Shown here piece after piece: positions 20,273-31,335 of a stretch of 64,000 nucleotides of DNA. The translations under genes were made by a program, and so were the position numbers. The DNA comes from Salinispira sp. (GTDB lineage Bacteria > Spirochaetota > Spirochaetia > DSM-27196 > Salinispiraceae): assembly GCA_965602015.1 (NCBI GenBank), contig OZ271918.1, positions 3,328,001-3,392,000 of the forward strand. Reading direction: 5' to 3'. Position 1 is the stretch's first letter. Every line of letters begins with the position of its first letter. The notes below the pieces were generated by a model, which saw only the letters and a program-made list of their open reading frames with translations, had not been told where the DNA came from and did no database searches.

Positions 20273-20348
20273 TGTTTATCTTGCGCTGAAACAAGAATTC
20301 TTTTGAACAGAATAGAATCTTCAACATCACTCCACTCATTTGACCATA

Positions 20349-20534
20349 TCATTGAAGTAGCGTAAGGATAAATTCAATTGTACCAGCACCGATAAACATG
20401 ATTCCGCCAAAAATAAATAGTTGCCTGCGCTTACGCTTTACGAAACTTGCATCTCTGTCTTGGCTATTAACAAAAAACAGCGATAAAACTATTGATGAGA
20501 TACCTATGAAAATGTATACGAATCCTTCAAACAT
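20349..20534 (-). CDS. Small two-TM protein, putative immunity for Rhs tip 3
   Basis: GGAGG RBS; two hydrophobic helices joined by a basic loop KRKRR; follows the Rhs3 tip. Confidence 0.65.
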   Translation of the reverse strand: MFEGFVYIFIGISSIVLSLFFVNSQDRDASFVKRKRRQLFIFGGIMFIGAGTIEFILTLLQ

Positions 20535-20543
20535 ACGACCTCC

Positions 20544-21903
20544 TTATTGAGTTATTTCTCCTACCCCTAATTCATACATGTCACATATAAACCAAGCAAA
20601 ATCTTCATTTTGTGTTATGGCAAGCACAGTCGGAAATACAATATTTTCTGGTATTGATTGTTCTGTTCCCATAAGCCCTTCTATAAACCTTTCCGTAATT
20701 TAATGTCAGATCAGCAATACCGGTTAGTATTATTGGTATTCCAACAAAATCTCCAGGACCAGGAATTGGTGAATCTAGTGCAGCAAAGCCTAATCCGACA
20801 CTAATCTGACCGAAGCCTCTGAACATTCCGCCTATTCCTTCAAGGGTCCTTACTAAATCAATCTGCCAAGTTTGAGAAACGCTACTGTGAGCACCTGCTG
20901 TTGATTCTGTTGCTTCACTCATGTATCCAGCAGCTTCATAATCCTGGATCCCTTGGAGCAGCTCCCTTGCTAAATCCTCTAACTCTTGCTGGTAAGCAAG
21001 AAATTCATCCAAGGTCATGCCGCTGGTATCTTGTTGTGAGAGTTTAACGAGCTTTTCTGACTGTTGGGTTATTGATTCCTGGGCAGAAATACCAGTGGAG
21101 ACATGATTGATCTGTTCGGTTATTTCCTCATAGCTGGCAACCTCTGTTGTTGTTTCTTCTACGTTTCCATAATTCTCATTTTCAGGGGTATCTGTGTGAT
21201 AATCCCCGGCATCGAATATGCTCGTGCCCCAGCTCACTTCATTCAAACCGGTCGGATCGAAGTATTTGAGGGGATTGCTCGCTGCATACCGGTACCAGTT
21301 CGATCCGAACCTCGCCGGATCCTCGCTTATAAACCTCCCGGTCCCCGGGTCATACCACCGAGCATTGAAATAGTACAACCCGGTATCTTCATCCAGGTCC
21401 TTGCCGGTGTACATGAGGTTTTCTGTGTCGGTCATGGGTCCTGATTCGGAGACCGAGTCGCCGAAGGGGGTGGTTTCTCCGGAGAAGACTTCGTTGCCAA
21501 AGCTGTCTGTCATCAGGACGGTGCTTCCCAGGTGGTCTGTGCCGTAGAAGTAGATCTGGGCTACATTGGTTTGCTTGTCCACTACCCGTTTGGCGATGTG
21601 GCGGAGATTTCTGAAGATGTAGTATTCGCTTCTTTGGTCTGTGTGCCGTTCGATTCTGTTGCCCTTTTGGTCGTAGACGTAATGGGTGATTTGGCCATGT
21701 CGGTTTTTCTCCCATATCCTCAGGTTATTCACATCATAGCCGTATTCTTTTATCACGCCCAGATTGCCCTCTTCATCGAGGTCTTCGACGTTTTCCAGGC
21801 GGTTTAACAGGTCCCAGCTGTAGTGGCGGTAGGTTCCTGTCCGGTTGATGGTGATTTTAGTGCCGGTGATTGTGGCGCTGTCTCCCCGTTTGATGAGGTT
21901 TCC
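20544..21903 (-). pseudogene. Orphan Rhs module 3, 5'-truncated, tip frameshifted
   Basis: Core homology to Rhs1/2 begins ~21903 with no start codon until GTG 21756. An alternative frame from ~20690 runs to TAA at 20544 beside the immunity RBS. Confidence 0.8.
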
Positions 21904-21914
21904 CTCGGAGGTGT

Positions 21915-22763
21915 TTAGCGGTCCATTGGAAACTCTTCACAGTGAACGCATTCGTAGTTTTTGTCCTGGGGGTTTTGGATCATAACCTGGCCGCAGCGAG
22001 GGCAGAGGGGTTCGGGTTCGGCTGTGAGGTTGTGGTTCACTGTGATCCGGCCGTCGAAGACGAAGCAGCGGCCATTCCAGCTACTTTTTTCCTTTGGAAT
22101 GGTCTCGAGGTATTTGAGTATTCCCCCGTGAAGGTGGTAGACGTTTTCTATTCCCAGGTTTTTCACGTAGGCGGTGGCTTTTTCGCAGCGGATTCCGCCG
22201 GTGCAGAACATGGCGACTTTCTTTGGCTTGGTTTCCTCTATCATGTTCTTTGCGGCTTCGGGGAACTGTCTGAAATTTAGTGTTCGCGGGTCAACCGCGC
22301 GGTCGAAGCTTCCCAGGCGGTACTCGTAGGCATTTCTCGTGTCGATGACCAATACTTCAGGATCGGATATGAGTTCATCCCATTGTTCGGCCTCCACGTA
22401 GGTGCCTGAATTTGCCGCCGCATCGATTCCCTCGACGCCCATGGTGACGATTTCCTTCTTAATCCGAATTTTCAGCTTCCTGAAGGGTTTGCGGTTCAGA
22501 TTTGCCGAGGAGTACTTTACCTCCAGATCATGAAATCCGTCCCTGCTGCGGAGGGCGGCGATAAATGAGTCTATATTCTCCCTGCTGCCTGCAATGGTGG
22601 AATTTATTCCTTCGCCGGCGAGCAGAATGATCCCGATGAGGTTTAGATCATCTCCGAGGCGTTGAAGTTCGGCTTTTAGCTGTTCCGGGTTTGTGATTGG
22701 CGTGAATTTATAATATGTGGCGAAGGCGTATTGGACGCGCTTATTGCCGATAGTTTTTGTCAT
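21915..22763 (-). CDS. trhO: Rhodanese-related tRNA U34 hydroxylase TrhO (UPF0176)
   Basis: YYKF, LAGEGIN, KIRIKKEIVTMG, IDTRNAYE, MFCTGGIRCEKA, LHGGILKY, GRCFVFDGR; start inferred. Confidence 0.9.
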   Translation of the reverse strand: MTKTIGNKRVQYAFATYYKFTPITNPEQLKAELQRLGDDLNLIGIILLAGEGINSTIAGSRENIDSFIAALRSRDGFHDLEVKYSSANLNRKPFRKLKIRIKKEIVTMGVEGIDAAANSGTYVEAEQWDELISDPEVLVIDTRNAYEYRLGSFDRAVDPRTLNFRQFPEAAKNMIEETKPKKVAMFCTGGIRCEKATAYVKNLGIENVYHLHGGILKYLETIPKEKSSWNGRCFVFDGRITVNHNLTAEPEPLCPRCGQVMIQNPQDKNYECVHCEEFPMDR

Positions 22764-22874
22764 ATACGCTGTATAGCATATCCTCCGGGAAATGAGAATA
22801 TTTAATGCCGACGGCACGAGTTAGGCGTAAATCGCAATGACACAAGCGGAAGCTTTTATTATACTGTGGCCTCT

Positions 22875-23630
22875 ATGGCCAGGATTATCGTATTTGCAAA
22901 TCAGAAGGGCGGTGTTGGTAAAACCACATCGGCGGCAAACCTCGGAGCATATCTCGCGGAGGAAGGTCAGCGCGTCCTTCTGGTTGATTTTGATCCCCAG
23001 TGTAACCTCAGTTCTTCGGTCGGGGCCGACAAGGACCGCGGCGGTATTTACGAGCTCATTACCAGCAAAGAGGATCCGCAAAAATACATTCAGGATACCT
23101 CGGTGGATCGGCTCAGGATTATTCCCGCGAGCCCCGATCTGTCCGGAGCGACAGTGGAACTGGTGGGAGAACAGAACCGGGAGTATTTTCTTAAAAAGGT
23201 TCTCACCGAACTCAGGGATCAGTTCGACTACATCTTTATCGACTGTCCCCCCAGCCTGGGCATATTAACCCTTAACGGATTGAGCGCCGCCGACCAGGTT
23301 TACATTCCCCTGCAGACCGAGTATTTCGCCCTCGAGGGAATTACCCAGCTGATGCAGAGCATAAAAATGGTGCAGCGTTCAAGCAATCCGAAGCTCAGCA
23401 TCGGGGGCATTATTTTTACCATGTATGATTCCCGAACCCGTCTCGCCCAGGATGTTGTCAAGGAAGTTGTAGGATACTTCGGCGACCTGGTGTTCAAGTC
23501 GATTATTCCCCGCAATGTCCGGCTTTCCGAGGCCCCCTCCCATTCCGTTCCCATAAATCAGTACGATCCGGGCTGTGCCGGCGCGAAGAGCTACAGGGAA
23601 CTGGCCCGGGAGGTAATTCAGCGTGGCTAA
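22875..23630 (+). CDS. parA: Chromosome partitioning ATPase ParA/Soj
   Basis: NQKGGVGKTT, DFDPQ, IDCPPSLG, IPRNVRLSEAPS. Confidence 0.96.
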   Translation: MARIIVFANQKGGVGKTTSAANLGAYLAEEGQRVLLVDFDPQCNLSSSVGADKDRGGIYELITSKEDPQKYIQDTSVDRLRIIPASPDLSGATVELVGEQNREYFLKKVLTELRDQFDYIFIDCPPSLGILTLNGLSAADQVYIPLQTEYFALEGITQLMQSIKMVQRSSNPKLSIGGIIFTMYDSRTRLAQDVVKEVVGYFGDLVFKSIIPRNVRLSEAPSHSVPINQYDPGCAGAKSYRELAREVIQRG

Positions 23631-24615
23631 AAAAGCCCTCGGCCGAGGCCTGAGTTCCCTGATGCCCGAGACCGTTGCCCAGGCTGAATCCCAGGGGCAG
23701 CAGGTCCTCATGATCGGCCTGGCCGATCTCGAGCCGAATCCCGACCAGCCCAGAAAAGATTTCCAGGCGGATCTGCTTGAAGAACTCGCCGCCTCAATTC
23801 GCGAAAAGGGTGTCATCCAGCCCCTTGTGGCTGAACAGCAGGATTCCGGTAGATATATGATTATCGCCGGGGAGCGCCGGTTCCGGGCTTCGAAGATAGC
23901 AGGTCTCAGCGAGGTTCCCGTGGTCGTCCGGTCCTTCAGCGACGAGGATAAACTGGAAATCGGCCTCATCGAGAACATCCAACGGGAAGACCTCAACGCC
24001 ATTGAGGAGGCCTTGGGTTACCGCAATCTCATGGAGCGCTTTGCGCTTACCCAGGAAGATGTGGCCCGCAAACTGGGAAAGAGCCGTTCTGCGGTGGCCA
24101 ATGCCCTCAGGCTGCTCAAGCTCCCTCCGGAAATTCAGGACGCCATATCGGCTGAGGGCATCTCCGCCGGCCATGCCCGCGCCCTTCTCTCCATAAAGGC
24201 GGAATTCGAAGAACAGCTTACCGAACTGTTCAGTCTCATCGTCGATGAAGGCCTCTCCGTTCGCCTAGCGGAAAAAGCCGCGCGGATGATTAACGACGGT
24301 CACCGGATCGACGGTCTTCACGCCCGCCTCATCGGAGAAGACGGGGAAACAGATGATCCGGAGGAAAACCAGCGGCTGCGCCGGGAACTCATGGAGATGG
24401 CGTCCGGCGCGAAAACCGCATCTGGAGGATCGGCTTCCTCATCCGCTGCCGCCAGGCCCCGGAGCCCCGAGCTCTGGTCCATGGAAGAGAAGCTCATCGT
24501 CAAAACGGGTACCAAGGTCGAAATACGGGGAGACGAGAAGAAGGGCAAAATAGAAATCCATTACTTCAACCCCGATGATTTACAGCGATTGTACGAACTG
24601 CTGCTCAACGACTGA
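23623..24615 (+). CDS. parB: Chromosome partitioning protein ParB/Spo0J
   Basis: LGRGL, PNPDQPRKDF, IAGERRFRA, ENIQREDL, GKSRSAVANALRLL, GHARALL. Confidence 0.96.
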   Translation: MAKKALGRGLSSLMPETVAQAESQGQQVLMIGLADLEPNPDQPRKDFQADLLEELAASIREKGVIQPLVAEQQDSGRYMIIAGERRFRASKIAGLSEVPVVVRSFSDEDKLEIGLIENIQREDLNAIEEALGYRNLMERFALTQEDVARKLGKSRSAVANALRLLKLPPEIQDAISAEGISAGHARALLSIKAEFEEQLTELFSLIVDEGLSVRLAEKAARMINDGHRIDGLHARLIGEDGETDDPEENQRLRRELMEMASGAKTASGGSASSSAAARPRSPELWSMEEKLIVKTGTKVEIRGDEKKGKIEIHYFNPDDLQRLYELLLND

Positions 24616-25285
24616 TCCACTCTTTTACATTAAAATAGAAGCGGCCGGGAAACTCCCGGCCTTTTTTTATGCCGATTCGGGTTCCGCACATAATTTCAGC
24701 GTCCCGGATAATGTTAGTTTGCCTTTCCCCGGGATGACAGAGCCGCAACGGCCCGCGTTCACCGGAGTTTCCGCTCTCAAAGGAACTGCTGCCGTCGAGA
24801 AAACGATCGACAGCAAAAGCCTGGCATATTTTGCCCGGCCCATCCAGGAGTCCGTGAAGATCGGTTACACCGGAGCCGTTATCCGTGGAATGACGGACCC
24901 CGAACCTCCGGAGAGCCATCTGATCCTCACCGAGTAGGGGATACATGGCCCTTATGAGAACCGCTTCGCCGATGCCTGCCGGAGCTGAAACCAGGTTGAG
25001 GCAATGGTGAATTCCGTAAATCAGATACACGTACCATCGGCCGGGTTCCAGAAACATACTTTTGTTGCGTGATGTGAGTCCGGCGAAGGAATGGGATGCC
25101 GGATCATCATGAAGATAGGCCTCGGTTTCAAGAATCAAGCCCGCCATCTCAATGCCGGCCTGCCGAGCCGTACTGTCGGCTGCTTTTGCAGGGAGGCGCC
25201 GGCGCACGATAACTTTTCCCAACAACCATCTGGCCAGCTCTACTGTGTCGGCGGGATATTCGCTGGGATGAATGGTTTTATACAT
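24605..25285 (-). CDS. mpg: DNA-3-methyladenine glycosylase (MPG family)
   Basis: LLGK, ETEAY, DPASHS, YVYLIYGIHHCLN, AVLIRA, GPGK, RIGI. Confidence 0.94.
   Translation of the reverse strand: MYKTIHPSEYPADTVELARWLLGKVIVRRRLPAKAADSTARQAGIEMAGLILETEAYLHDDPASHSFAGLTSRNKSMFLEPGRWYVYLIYGIHHCLNLVSAPAGIGEAVLIRAMYPLLGEDQMALRRFGVRHSTDNGSGVTDLHGLLDGPGKICQAFAVDRFLDGSSSFESGNSGERGPLRLCHPGERQTNIIRDAEIMCGTRIGIKKGREFPGRFYFNVKEWISR
24643..24668 (+). terminator. Rho-independent terminator after parB (inside the mpg 3' end)
   Basis: GGCCGGGA-AAC-TCCCGGCC followed by T7. Confidence 0.65.
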
Positions 25286-25339
25286 GATCTTTCTATTTTA
25301 TAGCTGATTTTGCGCTAATCCTGGCGTAAAAAGGGCTTA

Positions 25340-25368
25340 TTGACAAAGAAAATACGGTTCTATATATT
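25340..25368 (+). promoter_or_regulatory. sigma70 promoter of the tRNA cluster
   Basis: TTGACA-17 nt-TATATT followed by a GC-rich discriminator. Confidence 0.75.
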
Positions 25369-25384
25369 TAGGCCTCGCTAAACT

Positions 25385-25472
25385 GGAGAGGTGTCCGAGT
25401 GGTTTAAGGAGGCGGTCTTGAAAACCGTTGTACGGTAGCCCCGTACCGTGGGTTCGAATCCCACTCTCTCCG
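25385..25472 (+). tRNA. tRNA-Ser(TGA)
   Basis: GGAGAGG acceptor, anticodon arm GCGGT-CTTGAAA-ACCGT, long variable arm, GTTCGAATC. Confidence 0.95.
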
Positions 25473-25538
25473 TTTGCGCAATGTAATAAAACAGTATATA
25501 AATGAGTGTGCGCGGCCGGTATTACCGGCGCATATTCT

Positions 25539-25626
<88 letters not shown>

Positions 25627-25631
25627 TTTTT

Positions 25632-25705
25632 GATCCCGTAGCTCAGCTGGATAGAGCATCAGTTTGCGGAACTGAGGGTCGGTGGTTCGAGTCCACTCGG
25701 GATCG
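25632..25705 (+). tRNA. tRNA-Arg(GCG)
   Basis: GATCCCG/CGGGATC acceptor, anticodon arm TCAGT-TTGCGGA-ACTGA. Confidence 0.93.
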
Positions 25706-25777
25706 TAGGGCTGTTCGGCGCTTTGCCGCGCCGCCGCCTTAATGCAGTACCCCGGTCCCGCCGGGTCGTGTTTTTCT

Positions 25778-25865
25778 GGAGAGGTGACCGAGTGGTTGAA
25801 GGTGCACGCCTGGAACGCGTGTGTGCCCTATCCGGGTACCGAGGGTTCGAATCCCTCTCTCTCCG
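25778..25865 (+). tRNA. tRNA-Ser(GGA)
   Basis: Anticodon arm CACGC-CTGGAAC-GCGTG, long variable arm. Confidence 0.95.
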
Positions 25866-25869
25866 TTCG

Positions 25870-25994
25870 CCCCTTTAGTGTTGAAAGTCAGGCACTGTGC
25901 AATGTGCCGTTACCCAACCCCGTCAGGCCCGGAAGGGAGCAGCGGTAAGTAATCGGTGTGTGTGCCGCAGTTCGCTTGACCGGAGCTAAAGGGG
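25870..25994 (+). ncRNA. ffs: Signal recognition particle RNA (4.5S)
   Basis: Domain IV motif TCAGGCCCGGAAGGGAGCAGC, closing stem CCCCTTTAG/CTAAAGGGG; upstream of dnaX. Confidence 0.9.
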
Positions 25995-26028
25995 TTTTTT
26001 CTTTTTAAATTATCCGTACAATACCGCT

Positions 26029-27786
<1,758 letters not shown>

Positions 27787-27810
27787 TCACGCCCTGCCCA
27801 GGAGAAATCA

Positions 27811-28128
27811 ATGAACCCCATGGATCTGTTAAAGAATTTCGGAAACATTCAGGAAAAGCTCAAAGAATCCCAGGAACGGCTTAAAGCCCTTGAAGCCACC
27901 GGCCATGCGGGAGGCGACATGGTACAGGTCGTCATGAGCGGCGATCTCGAGGTGAAGTCCGTGAAGATATCGCCGGAAGCCGTTGATCCCGAAGACATAG
28001 AGATGCTTCAGGATCTCATCGTGGCCGCCTACGCAGACGCCCTGTTTCATGTACGCCAGCTTATCAATGATCAAATGAGCGATCTTACCGGCGGAATGCC
28101 CATTCCTCCGGGAATGTTCGGGAAGTGA
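27811..28128 (+). CDS. ybaB: YbaB/EbfC nucleoid-associated protein
   Basis: GHAGGDMV, DPEDIEMLQDLIVAA; between dnaX and recR. Confidence 0.93.
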   Translation: MNPMDLLKNFGNIQEKLKESQERLKALEATGHAGGDMVQVVMSGDLEVKSVKISPEAVDPEDIEMLQDLIVAAYADALFHVRQLINDQMSDLTGGMPIPPGMFGK

Positions 28129-28715
28129 TGAATCACCTCGATCAGCTCATTCAGGCGCTGTCCCGTCTTCCGGGAGTGGGAAAAAAAAGTGCCGCCCGGA
28201 TGGCCTATCATCTCCTTCAGAGCGACAGGGAATATATCCAGCAGCTCGGACAGCTGATCGGCGATTTGCCCCATAAAATCGTTCGATGCCGAACCTGCGG
28301 TAATTACAGCGACAGCGAACAATGCTCCATCTGCGCCGATCCCCGGCGTGATGCCCGGGAGATCTGCGTGGTCGAGCAGCCGCAGGACGTGGCGGTTATC
28401 GAAGGTTCCCACGAGTACCGGGGATACTATCACGTGCTCCACGGCGTTCTGGCGCCCCTGGACGGCATCGGACCGTCGGAGCTGAACTTAAAGAGCTTAA
28501 TCGGCAGAATCGGATCGGGAACCATTGAAGAACTGATAATCGCAACCAACCCCACGGTGGAAGGGGATACCACCGCCCTCTATATAAAAAAGCTGGTGGA
28601 GCATTTGGGTATCAAGGTAACCAGGCTCGCGTTGGGCCTTCCGGTCGGGGGAGATCTGGAATACGCCGACCGCCTTACCCTCGCCAGGAGCCTGAAGGGC
28701 CGAACCGACCTATAG
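28125..28715 (+). CDS. recR: Recombination mediator RecR
   Basis: LPGVGKKSAAR, C4 zinc finger, ATNPTVEGDTT, GLPVGGDLEYAD. Confidence 0.97.
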   Translation: MMNHLDQLIQALSRLPGVGKKSAARMAYHLLQSDREYIQQLGQLIGDLPHKIVRCRTCGNYSDSEQCSICADPRRDAREICVVEQPQDVAVIEGSHEYRGYYHVLHGVLAPLDGIGPSELNLKSLIGRIGSGTIEELIIATNPTVEGDTTALYIKKLVEHLGIKVTRLALGLPVGGDLEYADRLTLARSLKGRTDL

Positions 28716-28791
28716 TATATTGGGCAGGTAAATCATGCCCGGGGCCGGCGGTTCAGCTGCAGACGGCGGGCATGAACGATGATTCCGACGC

Positions 28792-29361
28792 TTATAAGCC
28801 CCAGATTTCGCCTATAATTTCATCAAAGGCCCGTGCCATGTCAGCCTTGTCGTCTTGGGAAAATGCCGAGAGCACCCAGCGATCGACGGGAAAACCCGAA
28901 TGCGAGGGCCGGCCGATTCCCAGAGAGCAGCGGTAAAAATCATTGCTTCCCAGCTGTTGCTTCACCGAGCGAAGGCCGTTGTGTCCCTTGAGCCCGCCGC
29001 CCTTCTGGAGCTTCCACTTGCCGGGCTGCAAATCGAGTTCATCGTAAAAAACCGCGATATGCTGCGGCGCAACGGAAAAAAATGACGCTGCTTCCTTAAG
29101 CCCCTCTCCGCTCTTATTCATAAAGCTGTGCGAACGGTAAAAAAGCCCTTCCCCTCCGATTGCTTTGATTCCGCCGCTATGTACGGCGGGGAGGGAAAGT
29201 TTGGCGTATTGGCCCTTGAACTTGAGTTTCCAGTCCGGCGGGCTCGGCAGACGGGACTCCAGTTCCTCCAGCAGCAGCCAGCCGGCGTTGTGACGGGTGT
29301 TTTCGTACTGCCGGCCGGGGTTGCCCAGGAAGGCATACAGGCGGATCTGGCGATCGGACAT
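28792..29361 (-). CDS. pth: Peptidyl-tRNA hydrolase
   Basis: LGNPGRQYENTRHNAG, FMNKSG, DELDL, GHNGLRSV, GIGRP. Confidence 0.95.
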   Translation of the reverse strand: MSDRQIRLYAFLGNPGRQYENTRHNAGWLLLEELESRLPSPPDWKLKFKGQYAKLSLPAVHSGGIKAIGGEGLFYRSHSFMNKSGEGLKEAASFFSVAPQHIAVFYDELDLQPGKWKLQKGGGLKGHNGLRSVKQQLGSNDFYRCSLGIGRPSHSGFPVDRWVLSAFSQDDKADMARAFDEIIGEIWGL

Positions 29362-29364
29362 TGC

Positions 29365-30786
29365 TTACAGCTTATCGATGAGCATTGAGCATTTGCCGCT
29401 TGGGATGGGAAGGGTTTTTTTCTTCTCGCCCAGTATGTCTATGGTGAAGTAGTAGAGCTTTTCGCTCTCGAGGCGGATTTCCCAGCCCCTGTTGGTTTTA
29501 TTACTCAGAATGGTTATGAGATTCCGCTTGAGCGAGAGGTTTTCGATTCCCATGGCCTCAAGGGTCGGAACAATCCAGTCGACGGTTTTTCGCGGAAGGC
29601 TGATGTACAAACCGATGATGTTTTCAATCATCAGCGCGACGGTGGATAGTCCGAGCCAGGGCAGGTGCATCGCCCGGGGCAGATGGTCGTTGCCGTCCCA
29701 GGTGGCGGCGCCGTCCCTCATCGGGCGGTAGGCTTCCCACACATTGCCCCGTTTATTGTCGTCGGGGTGAAGGGTGTCGAGCATGTAGTACATGTGACGG
29801 ATGCTGGAATCCCGGGCGAGATCGTAGGCCGAGTATTTCTCAAGGCCCTTTATCACCATAAAATTGAGGTAAGGCAACACAGACCCGCAGTACCCGTTGC
29901 CGTTCTCGTCGAAGGCCGGTTCGTCGGCCGCGAGGCTGGGAAAGGGGTGGGGGGTTCCGAAGGTATCGGGGTTTTTCAGATGAGCCAGAAGCTGATCGAA
30001 GCGCGCGTCATTGGGCAGTTCGGCAATGAGGCTCCAGAATCCGTTTATGGTCTTAACCGGAAGCTGCTTCTCATCGGCGTCCAGGTCGAAGTAGAAGCCC
30101 GCGTCGTCATTCCACATTTTTTGGTTGATCTTGGTTTTTAATGAGAAGTAATGGCGCTTGTACTTAAAGGCTATTTCCTTATCGTTCAAGATGTCGCCGA
30201 GTTCGCTCATGTACAGGGCGTTGATAGCCATGGCGGTATTGAAGTCCAGCAGGTATTTCGCGTCTTTCCGGGGCGAGTTGACCATTCCGGTTGCCGAAAG
30301 GGGAACGACGTACATACCGCTGTCATCTTTAAAATTGCCGTCTATCCAGTCGAAATAGGCTTCGAGATAGGGCATTACTTCCTTAATGCGCTTTTTGTTT
30401 CCGAGCTTGTGAAACAGATTGTACTCCGCCCATGAAAATAGGGGCATGCCCACGCCCTGGGGATTATCCTTCTCCAGAACCGGGCTTCCGTCTTTGGCGG
30501 AATATCTGTCCCGTATTGCCCCGTCCTTTTCCTGACGGCTGTAAAAGAAGTCAAGTTGGGTGAGGCTGGGGTATATTTTATTGCTGTACACCAGAAAAAA
30601 GGTGGAAAATATACTTTCGAGCGACCGGATGGTCTCGGTTTGGGGAGAAATAAAGATCCGCTCAGGGCTTCCATGTATTTCCAATTCCTCGGTATAATGA
30701 TCCTCTACCCAGGCCCAGGTCTGATTATATATGTCCACAAAATCCTGATCGTAGAATCGGATACTGGGGAATTCCTTTTTTTGCAC
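29365..30786 (-). CDS. MGH1-like/trehalase-family (alpha/alpha)6 glycoside hydrolase homologue
   Basis: PLFSWAEY, GMVNSPR (cf. GMDNSPR), MWNDDAGFYFD, PFPSLAADEP, WEAY. Confidence 0.75.
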   Translation of the reverse strand: MQKKEFPSIRFYDQDFVDIYNQTWAWVEDHYTEELEIHGSPERIFISPQTETIRSLESIFSTFFLVYSNKIYPSLTQLDFFYSRQEKDGAIRDRYSAKDGSPVLEKDNPQGVGMPLFSWAEYNLFHKLGNKKRIKEVMPYLEAYFDWIDGNFKDDSGMYVVPLSATGMVNSPRKDAKYLLDFNTAMAINALYMSELGDILNDKEIAFKYKRHYFSLKTKINQKMWNDDAGFYFDLDADEKQLPVKTINGFWSLIAELPNDARFDQLLAHLKNPDTFGTPHPFPSLAADEPAFDENGNGYCGSVLPYLNFMVIKGLEKYSAYDLARDSSIRHMYYMLDTLHPDDNKRGNVWEAYRPMRDGAATWDGNDHLPRAMHLPWLGLSTVALMIENIIGLYISLPRKTVDWIVPTLEAMGIENLSLKRNLITILSNKTNRGWEIRLESEKLYYFTIDILGEKKKTLPIPSGKCSMLIDKL

Positions 30787-30993
30787 TGAGTCTCCTTGGT
30801 ACCGTATATGTATACAGGGTCTATTATAGCATGTTTGATTCGTGTTGAGATTAGGAATCTGAAAATAGCACAGTTGAGTCTTTCAAGTCAAATTTTCTTT
30901 ACAGGCCTGTTTTTGCATATTTATTCGATATTTATGCAGTAAAAGCGTATATTTGCTTGACTTTCGCCCTCCCACTGTGTACAAAAACCAGAT

Positions 30994-31272
30994 ATGGACA
31001 GAAAAGAACTGGAAATCACTGCCGAACTGGCTCACATCGAGCTCAGCGATGCGGAAATCGAAACGTTTTCCCGTGCAGTTTCCCAAATGGTGGAATACTT
31101 CGCGGTGATGGACGAGTTAAAACTCGAGGGCGAATCCGCGTCTCACCACATTCCCGGAGGCGGTAACGCCCTGAGGAAGGACCGCTCCGGCGACTCGCCC
31201 TACGCCGACGACATTCTCGAACAGGCTCCGGATCTCGAAGACCGCTTCATCGCCATACCCAACGTTCTCTAA
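30994..31272 (+). CDS. gatC: Asp/Glu-tRNA amidotransferase subunit C
   Basis: AELAHIEL, NALRKD, QAP...FIAIPNVL; precedes gatA. Confidence 0.92.
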   Translation: MDRKELEITAELAHIELSDAEIETFSRAVSQMVEYFAVMDELKLEGESASHHIPGGGNALRKDRSGDSPYADDILEQAPDLEDRFIAIPNVL

Positions 31273-31335
31273 TTCTATCAGCAACTGCGAAGATCATGCG
31301 GCGCCGGACCGGCGCTGCCATAAGGATGGATCAGT

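Noticed and set aside
25742..25948. 68-aa ORF upstream of dnaX
   Set aside because: Overlaps tRNA-Ser(GGA) and the SRP RNA.
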